Notes under the pieces: model-generated
Told to the model about the DNA's origin: nothing
Databases searched by the model: none
The model's input: the letters and a program-made list of their open reading frames with translations, nothing else
Assembly (NCBI RefSeq): GCF_009914755.1
Contig: NC_060934.1
Reading direction: 5' to 3' (one strand)
Source of the DNA: the human T2T-CHM13v2.0 reference genome, Homo sapiens
DNA: 64,000 nt
Shown here: positions 1 to 14,134 of the stretch, piece after piece
Position numbering within the stretch: position 1 is the stretch's first letter
Layout of the letters: each line of letters opens with the position of its first letter
Translations under genes and position numbers: made by a program

Positions 1-1089
1 ATCATGCTGGCTCTGGGAAGGGGAAGGCTTTAATGACTCATTAGATGATGGCAACTCGTATTCAGTTGTGTCTGGTATACTTTATAATTTTGAAGTGTCA
101 TTTATATGCTGTGATAAAAGTAGTATTAGGATGTTATTAGAACTAATACTGTCATGGTAGAGGTTGCTACCAGTGTATAATTACAACTTCATGTTTTCTG
201 AGTGATACATGATAAGAATATATATACATGTATAAGAATAAATGATATCACTTCTTATATATTATGTTCTTAGATATTCATGAGAATAAACCGTATCTTA
301 TAATGTCATGGTAGAAGTTGCTACCATGTAACTTTTACAATGATAATGTAACAACAGTAACATATATTTTCAAATATATGGAATATTTCATTCCATAAAA
401 TATTTTATTTTCTAAAAAAATGAATTGCCCATGTTTCCTGCTTTTATATGTGTTTTATCCTAAGCATTTGTTTTTATGTTATTTACATGCATTGTTTTAT
501 ATCTTAGGATGAGATGTAAGATATTTAACCATTTAAAAAGCAATGATGCACTTAAGTGAGGAACAGTCAGGCTGATATGGCTCTAATCTCAGCCATTGCA
601 TCTGCCAAACAATGTTGTGGCCTCTTTTCATGTATGTGTGTCCCATTTAGTCCTAACAATAAAATAGAAACTGTATATATATAATAATTTTTTTATATAT
701 ATAGTCAATATATGAAAGCTACCTGACACTCTGAAAACCTAGAATTAAAATTGAGATTTTTCTCTATAACCAATGATCTTTCACCTGTACTAGGCAACTA
801 AAGGGAATCATCACTTTTTCAAATGCTTTCGACAGATTTTTTTTTTTTTTCTTGGAGAATAAGTCTAGGTGACATTCACAATTAGGAGGATCATATAGCA
901 CATGCTTGAATATTGTTTGTCTCCAACTAGTTATATATGTTAACATATAAAAATACGCACACAGAGCCTACATGACTCACCTCTGTAAAATGCAAACATG
1001 GAATCAAGGCAGCACATTTTTTATTTACTAATGATAAATACTTCCGGGTTTTGGCAAATCTCAAGTGCAAGACGTGACAGATGATACAA

Positions 1090-1458
1090 CTGTGTATCTC
1101 TGGTTTACACCAGGAAGACCTGATGTACTGTGGGTTTGTATCTCCATGTGCCCTTCAAATTAAGTGTGGCTATGTGATTAGTTTTGTTCAAAAAGTGTGA
1201 GTGGAAATGATGTGTGTCACTTTGGGCAGGAGCATTTCCTTGTACACATCTGTCAGTCTTCTTTTCTGCTGTGGCTATCATGAATGCAATTGATGGTATG
1301 GAGAAGTTACGTGGAGTCATCACATAGAAGACTACTGCCCTGGCAGGCCTCCTTGGCATGTAGCAAACAGCATGTATAATAATTAACTAACAGGATTTCA
1401 AGGTCTAGATTTGGGAATTTGTTCTTAGTGCAGGATAACCCAGCCTATACTCACTAAT
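1090..1458 (+). mobile_element. Old MaLR solo LTR (MLT1J/K-like)
   Basis: MLT1-like blocks 'gtgtggctatgtgattagttttg..gaaatgatgtgtgtcacttt' and 3' end 'ttgttcttagtgcaggataacccagcctatactcactaat'. Confidence 0.6.
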
Positions 1459-3787
1459 GAATATGGACATGAAACAGGCTGATCCATTTGTCCCAGAAGT
1501 AGCACTTTGAGTAGGCAGGCACAGCCTCAATGTTCAGGAATTGCAATCAGAAAAAAAAAGGTCAAGTTGCACAATTTTGAGATCACTTACATAGCTTTCC
1601 TCTTCAGGCAGTCCTCTGACTAGTAGAAATATGAAGGAATATAAACTCATGATTAGATTTTCTCATCTCTAAGTGGAAGGTCACACCTCATAATCCCATT
1701 ATCAAAAGAGAAGTACAAATAATGAGTGTCTCAGAAAACTCTAAACAGATGAAAGCTATTTTTCAATTACAATCTATTTTTTTACATCATGATAGTTAAA
1801 TAAAGCTTCCATCACATCCTTGAGATTTTAGAGTGAGTTTCTCCAAATATTCAAAGTCCCATTTCATTTTCAACTTACAAATAATATTTTCATAAGTAAA
1901 GAGAAGCTTCTGTATATTTGTTTGCCATATCAGATTAAAACAGTAGTTATTTTTGTTTTTACCCTATTGGGAAGTCTTGTTTGGAATATTCTGTCTGAAA
2001 CTATAAACTGCATGATAAATTTAAGATTCTCATTTTTCTGCTCTCATTAGGATCTCAATGATATAGGCAGTTCCCTCTTGAACAGCTGAAATAAGGTACA
2101 ATGAGTGGCCCTTCCTATTGCCAAGACATATTAAAACACCGTGGACCAAAAATATAAATAGCAATTGCAAATCAGAGCGGCATGTGAAAAGTCAGAAGAA
2201 CAGACGCACCAATTTGCAGGTGCCATAGTCCAAGGTTAAGTGTACCATTAAGCTATTTCTTATGCAGGTAATTATATGAAGCCTGCTCTGGGGTTTATTA
2301 CAGCAAAGACTAATTTATATCATTATTAAGGATCCCTTCTTTGACAATGCTGAAAGTGACAGATTTTATATGAAATGGAAAAATTTCTAATCCTTGTCTC
2401 TTTTTTTCTCTATGGCTAAGGTTTTCTACCATCTGGATAAATAGTTCAAAGTCTTCGTTTCTAGTCACGAGCTTTTGAAACCTTAAGAATTCAAAATTAC
2501 TCTTTTTTATAATTTTTAAAGGAGTAAATTTGGAAGAAAGTAACATTATGAAATGTCCCCTTTATATTATTTAATATTTTTCTCATAAAAATAAAGCGTT
2601 CTTAATTTAGAAATTAAAGGAAATTAATTAAAAGAAAGTTCAAAATATTAATAAAATGATAGCCAACACAAACTGGAAAATTAATCCTCATAAAATAACC
2701 TGCAATCACATCATTCAGGAAAACACAATTAACATTTCCCTTCAGTCTTATTTTCCATAAGATTGACCTTATTTTCTTCATAAATTTATACTTTACAACA
2801 TTTAATTTGAAGACAAATTTATGGATTTAATTATTTGAAATCATAATTTTGAAGGATATGTAATATTTCATTTATACATACTATAATTATTTATACATTT
2901 GTTTTCATTTTCTTACTTAGTCTATATTGTTTCGTGTTTATGAATAACCCAATAATTAATATTCTTGTAAATTTTTCTTTGAAGATATTAGGAAAATCAG
3001 AGATAAGATTCTGAAAAGTGTAATCAATGAACTTGAAAAATCTAAGGGTCATGAAATATATTGCCAATTTGCTCTTGAGAAAATATTACAACAAATTACT
3101 TCTCCACCACTCATTTATTTTATGTATGTCTTATTCGTTGCATCCATAATGTTCTGAGGTTGAAGACACAATGGAAAATAAGATGAAACTAGTAATGCAC
3201 CAAAATTTAGCTTCAGGTGATATTTTCCCAAATCCTGTTAATTGTCTTTGGCTTTTTCCTTGAAGTTTCAAATCTAAATGCATTCTGCAGCATCATTCCT
3301 GCCACTCCCAAAATTGAGTGAAGTCAATGATTATGAGATTGTATGGATTCCTACCTATATCTAATCACCTTAACCATGTTAGTAATATGAACAAGATATG
3401 ACATTTGACTTTGCTATTAATATTAGAATTCAGTTTCAAATATAAATAGACCTCCACAATATAACTTTGAACATATTTTATAATTTATATATTGAATTAA
3501 ATCAGAAATCAATTAAATGGAAAACAAAAATTGGATAAAACAGACAGTACAGCTGGTTCTTTGAAAACATAAAAACTGCTAAGCCTCCAGCCAAGCTAAG
3601 AATAAAAAAGGAAACAAATTACTAATATCAGAAATGAAAAAGGATCCTTACAACTGACACCATGAAAAATAAAAGGATAATAAAGGAATACAATAAAAAA
3701 CTTTACGGCCACAAATTTAAAACTGTATAAAATAGACCAGTTCTTTCAAAGACACAAGCTTTCAAAACTCACTCAGAGAGAAGAGAT

Positions 3788-3905
3788 ACCAGCCTGGGCA
3801 ACATGGCAAAACCCCATATTTACCAAAATAGATAGAAAAATTATCTGGGCATAGTGGCATGCACCTGTAGTCCCAACTACTGGGGAGGCTGAGGCGTGTG
3901 GATTG
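3788..3905 (+). mobile_element. Internal Alu fragment without head, tail or TSD
   Basis: 'accagcctgggcaacatggcaaaacccc...gtggcatgcacctgtagtccc...ggaggctgagg' embedded in L1. Confidence 0.85.
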
Positions 3906-4463
3906 TGTACCATTAATCTATTAAAAATTGAATGAATAATTAATGATCTTTCAAAAAGACAGCATGAGGCTCAGATATCACTGGTGAATTCTATCAAATG
4001 TTTACAAATAAATGATATCAATAATCTCTTTTAGAAGATAGAAGCACAGGGAGCATTTTCTCACTCTCTCTGTGAGGCTAGCATTACCCTAATATTAAAG
4101 TCAGACAAAGACATTAAAAGAATGAAGAAATACAGACCAATATCCCTTATGAACATATATGCAAAAATCCTCAACTAAATAGTAGCAAATTAATCCAACA
4201 TTGTGTAAAAATTATTATACCCACAACACCGTAGAATTTATTCCAGATACGGGAGGCTGGTTCAACACTGGAAATTCAATTAGGGTAACATACCACATCA
4301 ACAGGCTGAAGCAGAAAAATAATGTCATAGCATTTTAGAAAATCTATATAACTGTTCATTATAATTACTCTCAGCAAAATAGAAATAGAGGGGAACTTCC
4401 TCAACTTGATGAATAACATGTTTTTAAGACCTACAGCTAATATCATACTTAATGGTGAGAAAT

Positions 4464-5478
4464 TAGATACTCTTCTAAGATTGAGGAAAAGGCAAGGTTG
4501 TTTCCTTTCTTCACTCTTGTCAACATCATAATGGAAGTCCTAGCTAATGCAATAAGGTAAGAAAAGGATATAAAATATGTACAGATTGGGGAAGATGAAA
4601 AAAATAGTTTTTTTACACATGACCTCATTGTCTATGTAGAAAATAAAAAAAATAAATAAAATAGGGGTGAGATGAGAGTAGAGGAAATCTCTTGAAACTA
4701 ATAAGTGTTTATGGCAAGGTTACAGGATACAAGATTAATATACAAAAGTCAATTGATTTCCTATATGTCCATAACGCTCAGTTGAAGTTTAAAATTAAAA
4801 CCAAAATGTAATTTACATTGGCATGAGTAAAATAAAATATTTGGGCATAAGTCTAACAAAGTATGTACAAAACTACAAAACCCTGAAAGTAATCAAGCAA
4901 GATCTAAATAAATGGAGGGCTATTCTCTACTCACATATTGGAAGACTTAATAAAATAAAGATGTCAAGTAGATACTCTTCTAAGATTGAGGAAAAGGCAA
5001 GGTTGTTTCCTTTCTTCACTCCTGTCAACATCATAATGGAAGTCCTAGCTAATGCAATAAGATAAGAAAAGGATATAAAATATGTACAGATTAGGGAAGA
5101 TGAAAAAAATAGTTTTTTTACACATGACCTCATTGTCTATGTAGAAAATAAAAAAAATAAATAAAATAGTGGTGAGATGAGAGTAGAGGAATCTCTTGAA
5201 ACTAATAAGTGTTTATGGCAAGGTTACAGGATACAAGATTAATATACAAAAGTCAACTGATTTCCTATATGTCCATAATGCTCAGTTGAAGTTTAAAATT
5301 AAAACCAAAATGTAATTTACATTGGCATGAGTAAAATAAAATATTTGGGCATAAATCTAACAAAGTATGTACAAAACTACAAAACCCTGAAAGTAATCAA
5401 GCAAGATCTAAATAAATGGAGGGCTATTCTCTACTTACATATTGGAAGACTTAATAAAATAAAGATGCCAAGTAGATA
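4464..5478 (+). repeat. Tandem duplication, 2 x ~505 bp, within L1 ORF2
   Basis: 4464-4968 and 4969-5472 differ at about 10 positions by eye. TAGATA occurs at 4464, 4969 and 5473. Confidence 0.95.
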
Positions 5479-5862
5479 TTAATAAACTTATTGTACAGTC
5501 TATATGGAAAGGTGAAAGACCAAGAATAGCTAATTTATGGAGAACCAAGTTTGAGGACTCACATAACTGAGTTTAAGACTTACTATAAAGCTACAATGTG
5601 TGGCATGGCAAAAGAACAGTCACATAGACCAATGGAATAGAATACAGGGTCTAGAAATAGACCCAGACCAAAAAAAAAAAAAAAAAAAAAAAAAAGTCAC
5701 CTGATCTTTGACAAAGGGGCAAAGGCAATCCAATTTAAATCCAATTTTTAAAAACAAAACAAGACAATCTTTTCAAGAAATGGTGCTGGAATGTCGTTCT
5801 GTTAAAAAAAATTAGGCACAGACCTTTTATCTTTCAGAAAAATTAAAATGAACTGTAGACCA

Positions 5863-6239
5863 TGTTACAGACATTCTGATGAAACAGGATGGGCTCCTAC
5901 CCATCTTCAGTGTTAACACTGAAGTTATGAACAAACATATTATTTCCATATGAGGCATTTGTGGAAGAACAAGGCAGACTGTCCTGCTAGACCAAAAATG
6001 GCTTGAGAAAAAAGAAGGGAGACCATCTTGGGGTTTTTATGCTGGTAGGTATGGGACCTGTGTGGTGGGTCTCCAACCTGGGCAGCGCGCTGGGTGGTTT
6101 GCACTTTCTGCTGGTACCAAAGGATTGCGCAGCTGGGCTTCCTGTCAGCTTGCCCACATGTGGATCAGAAAGGCACAAGTGATGTGTAAAGGCTGTCAGC
6201 ACTCAAACATCAAAAACCGGAGTTGAGCTTTTTATTACA
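5863..6239 (-). mobile_element. 3' LTR of the ERVL provirus (LTR47-like)
   Basis: Minus strand begins 'tgtaataaaaagctcaactccggtttttgatgtttgagtgctgacagc'. Homologous to 9524-9944. Confidence 0.75.
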
Positions 6240-6269
6240 ATTTACCCCAGACATTTAACTAGTGGCTGA

Positions 6270-8500
6270 CTCCAATGTGCCTTTAAAAAATTGAATGGAA
6301 TTTGAAGTCACGTATGTAAGCCTTCATGCTACTCTATGAGGCCTGTAGCCCGCGGCCATTAAGGGAGGGTCCTTTTGAATATTTTATTAAAGGGCTCAGC
6401 TTTGTATATTCTGAGAAGTTAAATGAATGCCTACATCACGATCAATAATGTCTGGAACTCTAAAGAGGAAGAGTGTCTTAATGAGGCCTTGTGTTTGGCT
6501 TTAGTATGTATAAAGACACATGCAACTTTTATATTTTGGATATCTTTGAGGCAAAAGATTCCCAAAGTTATTTTCTTCAAAGGGGGCAATTGTACACAAG
6601 ATATTATTGTGGCTACCATTGGCCAGATCAGATAACCAGAGCACTGGCAGTGACCCAAGAGCATGTAAAAATGTGCAGATGGCACTAATTGTTGACCAGG
6701 GAATCCAGTACTAAGATAACCACCTGAAGCTAGCATAATTTTGCTGATCCTTGGGTCCCATCCTTTGTTAGGGACATCTTGGTTAAGGGATGAAAAGCAG
6801 TAGCTCTTCACGCACTCCATCGCATGTAGTGGTGGGGTTACCATCTGTAAATTATGTGAGTGCCCACTGTTGTCCACTCAGTTGATTACAAGGGGCTGCT
6901 GGGTAGCTAAGGTGTTTGGGAGAGGGGTCACCTCCTCCAGCACCATGACATCTGTCAATAGACTGAGGGCAAGGGAGACCACTCCCTCATGCATAGAAAT
7001 TTGCCAAAGGGCCCAGGACTGGCTTTATTCTATAGCAAGGATTCTTTGGTAGCATCTGTGTTGAGCTTCCATAACCCAAATTATAATGGCAAGCTGAGAA
7101 CAGAGGGTCAAAGCTCAGAGTATGTGAAAGCCTTGACTTCCCAGGGAGCACAGTACATGACCAGCGATGGCTGCTTTATTGGTATATAGCACGGGGTAAA
7201 GGAGGCTAGTTTCTTGGCGTAGGATCCCATGGATACTTGTTGGGCTTGATGGGTGGTCCAGAAACTGCAGGAGGTATGAAAGGAGGTTGATGAAGTTTCT
7301 ATATTGAAGGACTCTCTGGAGACACAATTGTATTGCAATTTGTACAGATTCTATAGTGCTTTGTTCGGGGGAGCCCCCATCAAGGTAGACCAGTCTCAAA
7401 GTAACAGCATAAATGCACATAAGTAAAATTTGTAAATGATGAACACAGTTTTTGCCTTCATGTCTCCAAAAGGCCTAAAAGATTAGGCTTGTTTTAACAT
7501 TGTGGGTGCTTAAAAGTTCAATAGCTGTTTCTTGACAGTAGCAGGATGGAGCGGCTCTCAGTTTACCAAATAAGCTTCCAGCATCTAGCCAAGGTGGAAG
7601 GGCCTTGCACTGTGTGGGGGGTAATGTCCCATTCACATTTTGTGAGCTTCTTTGTAAGTATTTTTATTTCCCTAATGAGATTATCAAAGGCATCTCCTCA
7701 GAGTAGGATGCCATCAGTTTCACATCATTCCTGCACTCCTGGAGAAAATTGGGTACAGTTCAGATCTTGCCTGCAAAGGCTGTGTGTGATGGCAAGCAAC
7801 ACTAATCAGGTACCCATGGATAGCTGGAGAAAGGCGTACCATGCCTCTTTGGAGGGGAAGGTAAACTAGTTGGCAGGCTATTGAAGTAGGCACTGAGCAG
7901 GACACATTAACCAAATCTACAACAGCAAAATGCTTCCCCATAGCAAAATACTTATCAATAACATAGGCCATGGGAACCTTAATGGGTGAGACTATGGCAT
8001 TAGGGTTCTTGTAGTGCTGTGAGGAATCATTCCTGTTTTCCATGTTTATAAACAGGCACAACTGGGCTGTTAAATAAAGAGTGGTCTAGCTGGTCTTGTA
8101 TAATGCATTTCATTGTTGAAGGCCCTATTTTAATTTACATGGAATCAGTAACTCTTTTAGCTGAGAGAGGAGTGATCTTTGCGGTTTCATTTTGCCTAGT
8201 CAATTTGTAAGTGTCAAAGAATTAATTTAATTTTAATATATTGCTCAGAGTGTCCAAGCCTGCTATGAGATATTTTTGAGCAATGTTTGCCAAGACCATG
8301 GAAATTTAGACAAGGCAGTAGTTCCAGTAGTTAAGATGAGACAAATTTCCTTGCTTTCTATTTTATGTCCAGTAACTCCCCTAGTCTTATAGAGTGTACC
8401 TTGTTAAATTTAGCGGGATGACCAGGTATTACTGTTATTTGAGCCCCAGTATTGATAAAGGCCATGATGTTTTGCCATTGGTACCTTTCAGCAGATGTTA
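6270..8500 (-). pseudogene. pol: Degraded retroviral pro-pol (protease, RT, tether, RNase H, partial integrase)
   Basis: Protease FINTGAQITVIPG (ORF 8358..8552). RT HFAVVDLVNVSCSVP (ORF 7720..8061). Tether KKLASFTPCYIPIKQ (ORF 7108..7338). RNase H IFTCSWVTASALVI*SGQW at ~6623-6680. Integrase-like IDRDVGIHLTSQN and GLIE*HEG at ~6320-6447. Many stops and frameshifts. Confidence 0.85.
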
Positions 8501-9523
8501 AGATTAATTCGCAACCTATGTCAGTAAGGTATAGAAGCCAATGAGCAACCATTTATATTTTAGTAAATTTTGGATTACAGTTGGCTCAAATTGTGGACCT
8601 CTGTTTCATTTTATTGTTGTTGGTGGTGTTTCCTTCCGATGTCTCCATGTTTCCAGATGCTCTCTCTTTCTGCCTCATGTGTGTGGTTTTTGGATATACT
8701 TTGGGGAGAGAGTTCTCTCTATCCTGTTTATATTTATAAATTTCCTTATTCAAAGAGCTTCAAATCAGTAGCATCAGGGTTAAGTATCTCCCTTAGGGCA
8801 ATTGTTTCTTTAAAGGATCTAAGGACCCCAGTTTAGACCACGTTTGGATTAACCCCTATTCTGTACCATAAGACTGCTAGGAGTCTTCTTCCTCATAGCC
8901 ATGTTAATAGAGGTTTGTTTTGTTTTGTTTTGTTTGCAACAGAGGCACAGACAGCAGCAGCAAAGGCATTTGTAGACCCATATAAAGAGCAATCTGCCTT
9001 TAGGAGTGTGGCTTTCAGTAACTCAATTCTTCAAATAATGACTGGTCTTCAAATAGTGACTGCTTTTCCTCCACAAAAGTGACTACCCAATGGTCCCATA
9101 TGACACACAGCAGCATTCCATTGAGAACTCTATTAAATAGGATCCAACATCCGGTAGGGACACAGCACCAATAGTCCCAAGGTAAGACATTTTGCCTGAG
9201 CCTAGCATTAGTTGCAGCTTATGCTAAAATTGAGAAGTGTAATTAAATCTAAGATACCCAAACAGGTCTGGGCTGAGACACAGGCCCCAAAGTCACTCTA
9301 AGAAAGACCTCAATCCCATACACCTGTTCTGAAATGCCCGTTAACCAAACTTCTGACTTAATTCCATTAAATCTATAACAGAAACTTGGTAGAACTCAGA
9401 AAATACAACACAAAGCAGCACAGCTCAATGAGCAGGTTATCCAGCAGGCAGCAGAACTAGGTAGCTAGTCAGAGCAAGAGAAGAAAGACACCCAGGGTAG
9501 TGGTCAACTTCAGGACATCTCAC

Positions 9524-9944
9524 TCAAAGAGACAATTATTCTAAAGTGAAGATGGACTTCACCTCAAATTTGACCTGGATGTCAAGACTGGTGACACCAC
9601 ACACACACCATTAGGGTATGAAAAGTTTTATTACTTACATTATGAGGCTTTCAGGGCAGAGCATAGCAGATTACCCTTGGGTTGAAATAGCTTGAGAAAG
9701 CAGGAAAAAGAGAAAAGCTTAGGGTGTTTATGGTGGAAGAGTCTGGTGCTGGCTTGAGGGTTCCTGCAAGCTGCATGCAGGCAAGGGGTTGTGTATTTGA
9801 CTGTCTTGCCAGTGTCAAAGTAGGGATCACTGAGCTTTCTTATCAGCTTGCCAAGATATGTAACAAGAGGGGAAGAAAGAGGGGTAAGATTTAAAAGCTG
9901 TCAAAAGTCAAATATCAAATCACAGAATGAAACTCTTTATAACA
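9524..9944 (-). mobile_element. 5' LTR of the ERVL provirus (LTR47-like)
   Basis: Shares 'tatgaggc', 'gcttgagaaa', 'tcagcttgcc', 'gctgtca..tcaaa.atcaaa' and the end 'ttta.taca/taaca' with 5863-6239. Confidence 0.75.
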
Positions 9945-10618
9945 GACATGAATATAAAATGTAAAACTATAAAAATTCTAGAAGAAGACAGCAGAAAATC
10001 TAGGTGACTTTGGGTTGGTGATGAATTTTAGATACAACAATAAAAGTATGGTCCATGAAAGAAAAAATTGGTGATGTACTTTATTAAAATTAAAAACTTC
10101 TACTCTGTGGAAGAGAAGTTAAAAGAATGAAAAGACACACTACACAGTGGGTAAAAATATTTGGAAAACACATATTTGATTAACGACTTGTATCCAAATG
10201 TATCAAGAACACAAATGTACTTAGAACCAAATGTACTTAGAACACAACATGGTACAGGCACTGTAGAAGAGAGTTGGGCAGTTTACAGCAAAGCTAAACA
10301 TAGTCTTACCATGCGATCAAGCAATCATCATGCTGTCAGTATTTACCTAACTGATTTGAAGACTATGTTTACATAAAACCTGCACATGAATATTTATAGC
10401 AGCTTCATTCATAATCACCAAAAACTGGAAGCAACAAAATTGTTCTTCAGTAGGTTAATGGATAAGCAAACTGAAGTACATTCATACCATGGAATACTAT
10501 CCAATAATATTAAAAACTGTTCTCTGAAGCCACAAAAAGACATGAAGAGACCTTACACACATAAGTCTAAGCAGAATGAGGCAGTCTGAAAAGGCTGCCT
10601 ACTATATAATTTCAATTA

Positions 10619-10978
10619 CAGTTTTTCCTCTGTATCTACATAGGGCTGGTTTCAGGATACTCTCCACCCCTCGGAGATATCAAAATCTACAGGTGTTCAA
10701 GCCCCTTATATAAAATGGCATAATATTTGCCTGTAACCTAAGCATATTCTCCTATCTATTTTAAATTATCTCTAGATTACTTATAATACCTAACACAATG
10801 GAAATGCTGTATAAGTAGTTGTATTGGTTTTTATTGGTATAATTTTGATACAAATAAATTGTTATTTGTATTGTTACTTTTTATTGATTTTTTAAAATAT
10901 ATCTTCAATACAAGATTGATTGATTCCAAAGATACAGAGCCTGGGGATACAGAACCCACAGATATGCAGGGCCAGTTG
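10619..10978. mobile_element. MER2 (TcMar-Tigger) DNA transposon
   Basis: Degenerate TIRs 'cagtttttcctctgtatct' / 'agatatgcagggccagttg', left TA flank, MER2 core 'ccttatataaaatggcataatatttgc..tctctagattacttataatacctaa'. Confidence 0.85.
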
Positions 10979-12084
10979 GATATGGCATTTTGGAAAATAA
11001 AAACCTATAGAGAAGTAATACATCAGTGATTGTCAGGAGGAGATGGGAGGTGTTCAACAGGTGAAGCACAGGGGATTTTTAACTGAATGAAAGTACTCTG
11101 TGTGACTCTGAAAGGTAAATGCATGACATTACACATTTGTTCAAACACAAAGAACTTCATAGCCTTAATATGTACACATCTTTAAAAACCACTTAGGGTA
11201 TTAATGGCTACCTGGAAGGAATGCATATTGTCCTTAATGGCTACCAAGAAGGTATGCATCGTGTCACAAAATAAATATTTCACTGTATTACAAATGTGTA
11301 AAACGACCTCAGTAAAGGGGATGCAGATAAAAGTTGCTGTCCTGAGTAACTTTAGAAATGATTAGAGTCTGCAAAATTAAGGCAAAAAGAACTTGATATA
11401 AGCAATGTACTCTATTTGATAAAGTTATTTCTCATGGTGGCATAGGTTAATACTTCTGATACTGCTATATATGTATACCAGAATTAAACAATTGAGTAAA
11501 TGAATGGCAGATAATAGAAGGCGGGTTTCTCACTTTTGGAGTGGAAATTTGCAGATAAGGACATAAAATGACCCATGTGGTAATGGATTAATATTGGAGA
11601 CATAAATATTAACTCATGTTTACCTTAATATAGGTATAGATGGTTCATACAGAAATATTCATAAATATGTGTGTATACAGGTTAGCATATGCACATATAT
11701 TTCCATGCTCTATCTCCTGAGAGAGTCTAGAAGCCATGATACCTAAGAAATAATAATAAGCATACCTAATGCCCATGTCTTGGTTTATACTACTATTCTC
11801 TAATAAGTGGAACCAGGGATCCTTGGAATTTGGTTGATTCTAGGCATGGCGGAAAGAAATATATAGGATGAGCCTGGAGCATCTTGTAGTGCCAGAAAGT
11901 AAGGGATTGCTCCAGGAGAAAAGAAAACTCACCTTGATGGGCTATGCCAAAAACAAAACAAAACACAGGAGCCAACTGAAAGAGCTTCCAGTTTGGCTGC
12001 AGCTAAAACAATTTGAGCAACAAGATAAATTATGTAGCATTGAATTATTACTGGAAGCATAAGATAAAATTTTACAAATCTATC

Positions 12085-13530
<1,446 letters not shown>

Positions 13531-14134
13531 CAAATCTATCTTATGTGCAGCCTGTGCATAGTCACTTTCTTCCAGAGAATACAGTAAAATTTTAAAAAGG
13601 GATAATAAAGGAACTGTATTTTGTAGAAAGAAGGCAAACATTAGCCCAACCAAGTGCTCAAAGTCAGTATCAATAATGACAAATGATTTTGATGGAATGT
13701 ATCCTCGCTGTGATGTGATGAAAATGGCACTTTGCCTCTATAAATAAAAGATATTAAAGATATAACAAAATCCATAACCCCAGTCTACCCATGAAGATAA
13801 CATCATACAAATTGCAACAGAAGAGTGTTCTACAAAATGATAGACCAATACTCCTTAAAACTGTCAAGTTCATTTAAAGCAGGGAAAGTCTGAAAATCAG
13901 GATTTAAATACAAATCAAGAATTTTTATGAATTCATATATTTAAATTTTCTTTTCTGATTCCAGGAACATTTAGTTTTTCTATTAATTATTTTTTCTTTT
14001 GTTCCTAAATGTAACTAATAATTTTCTACTTTTAGGTATTAGATATTATCTTGTTGACTTATAACTGGATGTTTTATATTTTGTAATCATTTGCAATAGA
14101 ATGCTTTATTTAAAACAATTGCTGGTATATCCTT

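Larger units (their letters stand above)
3440..5862 (+). mobile_element. Old L1M LINE-1, degenerate ORF2 (left part of an interrupted element)
   Basis: A-rich ORF2-like sequence ('cagaccaatatcccttatgaacat', 'ggtgaattctatcaaatg'). ORF 4823..5065 reads KIKYLGISLTK...DLNKW...IGRLN, which is L1 ORF2. Confidence 0.9.
5863..9944 (-). mobile_element. Internally deleted ERVL-class provirus with two LTRs (LTR47/ERVL47-like)
   Basis: TG...CA termini, homologous LTRs at both ends, degenerate 5-bp TSD (gacca/gacat). L1 sequence resumes collinearly after 9944, and pol motifs lie on the minus strand. Confidence 0.85.

Noticed and set aside
150-326. CRISPR-like hairpin repeat
   Set aside because: Only two units, a ~130-bp spacer, primate context and no cas genes.
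6431-6877. 148-aa ORF as a domesticated retroviral gene
   Set aside because: RNase H motifs are spread over different frames with stops; no intact domain.
9500-9523. Primer-binding site of the ERVL provirus
   Set aside because: Only a loose resemblance to a tRNA-Leu PBS; too degenerate to call.
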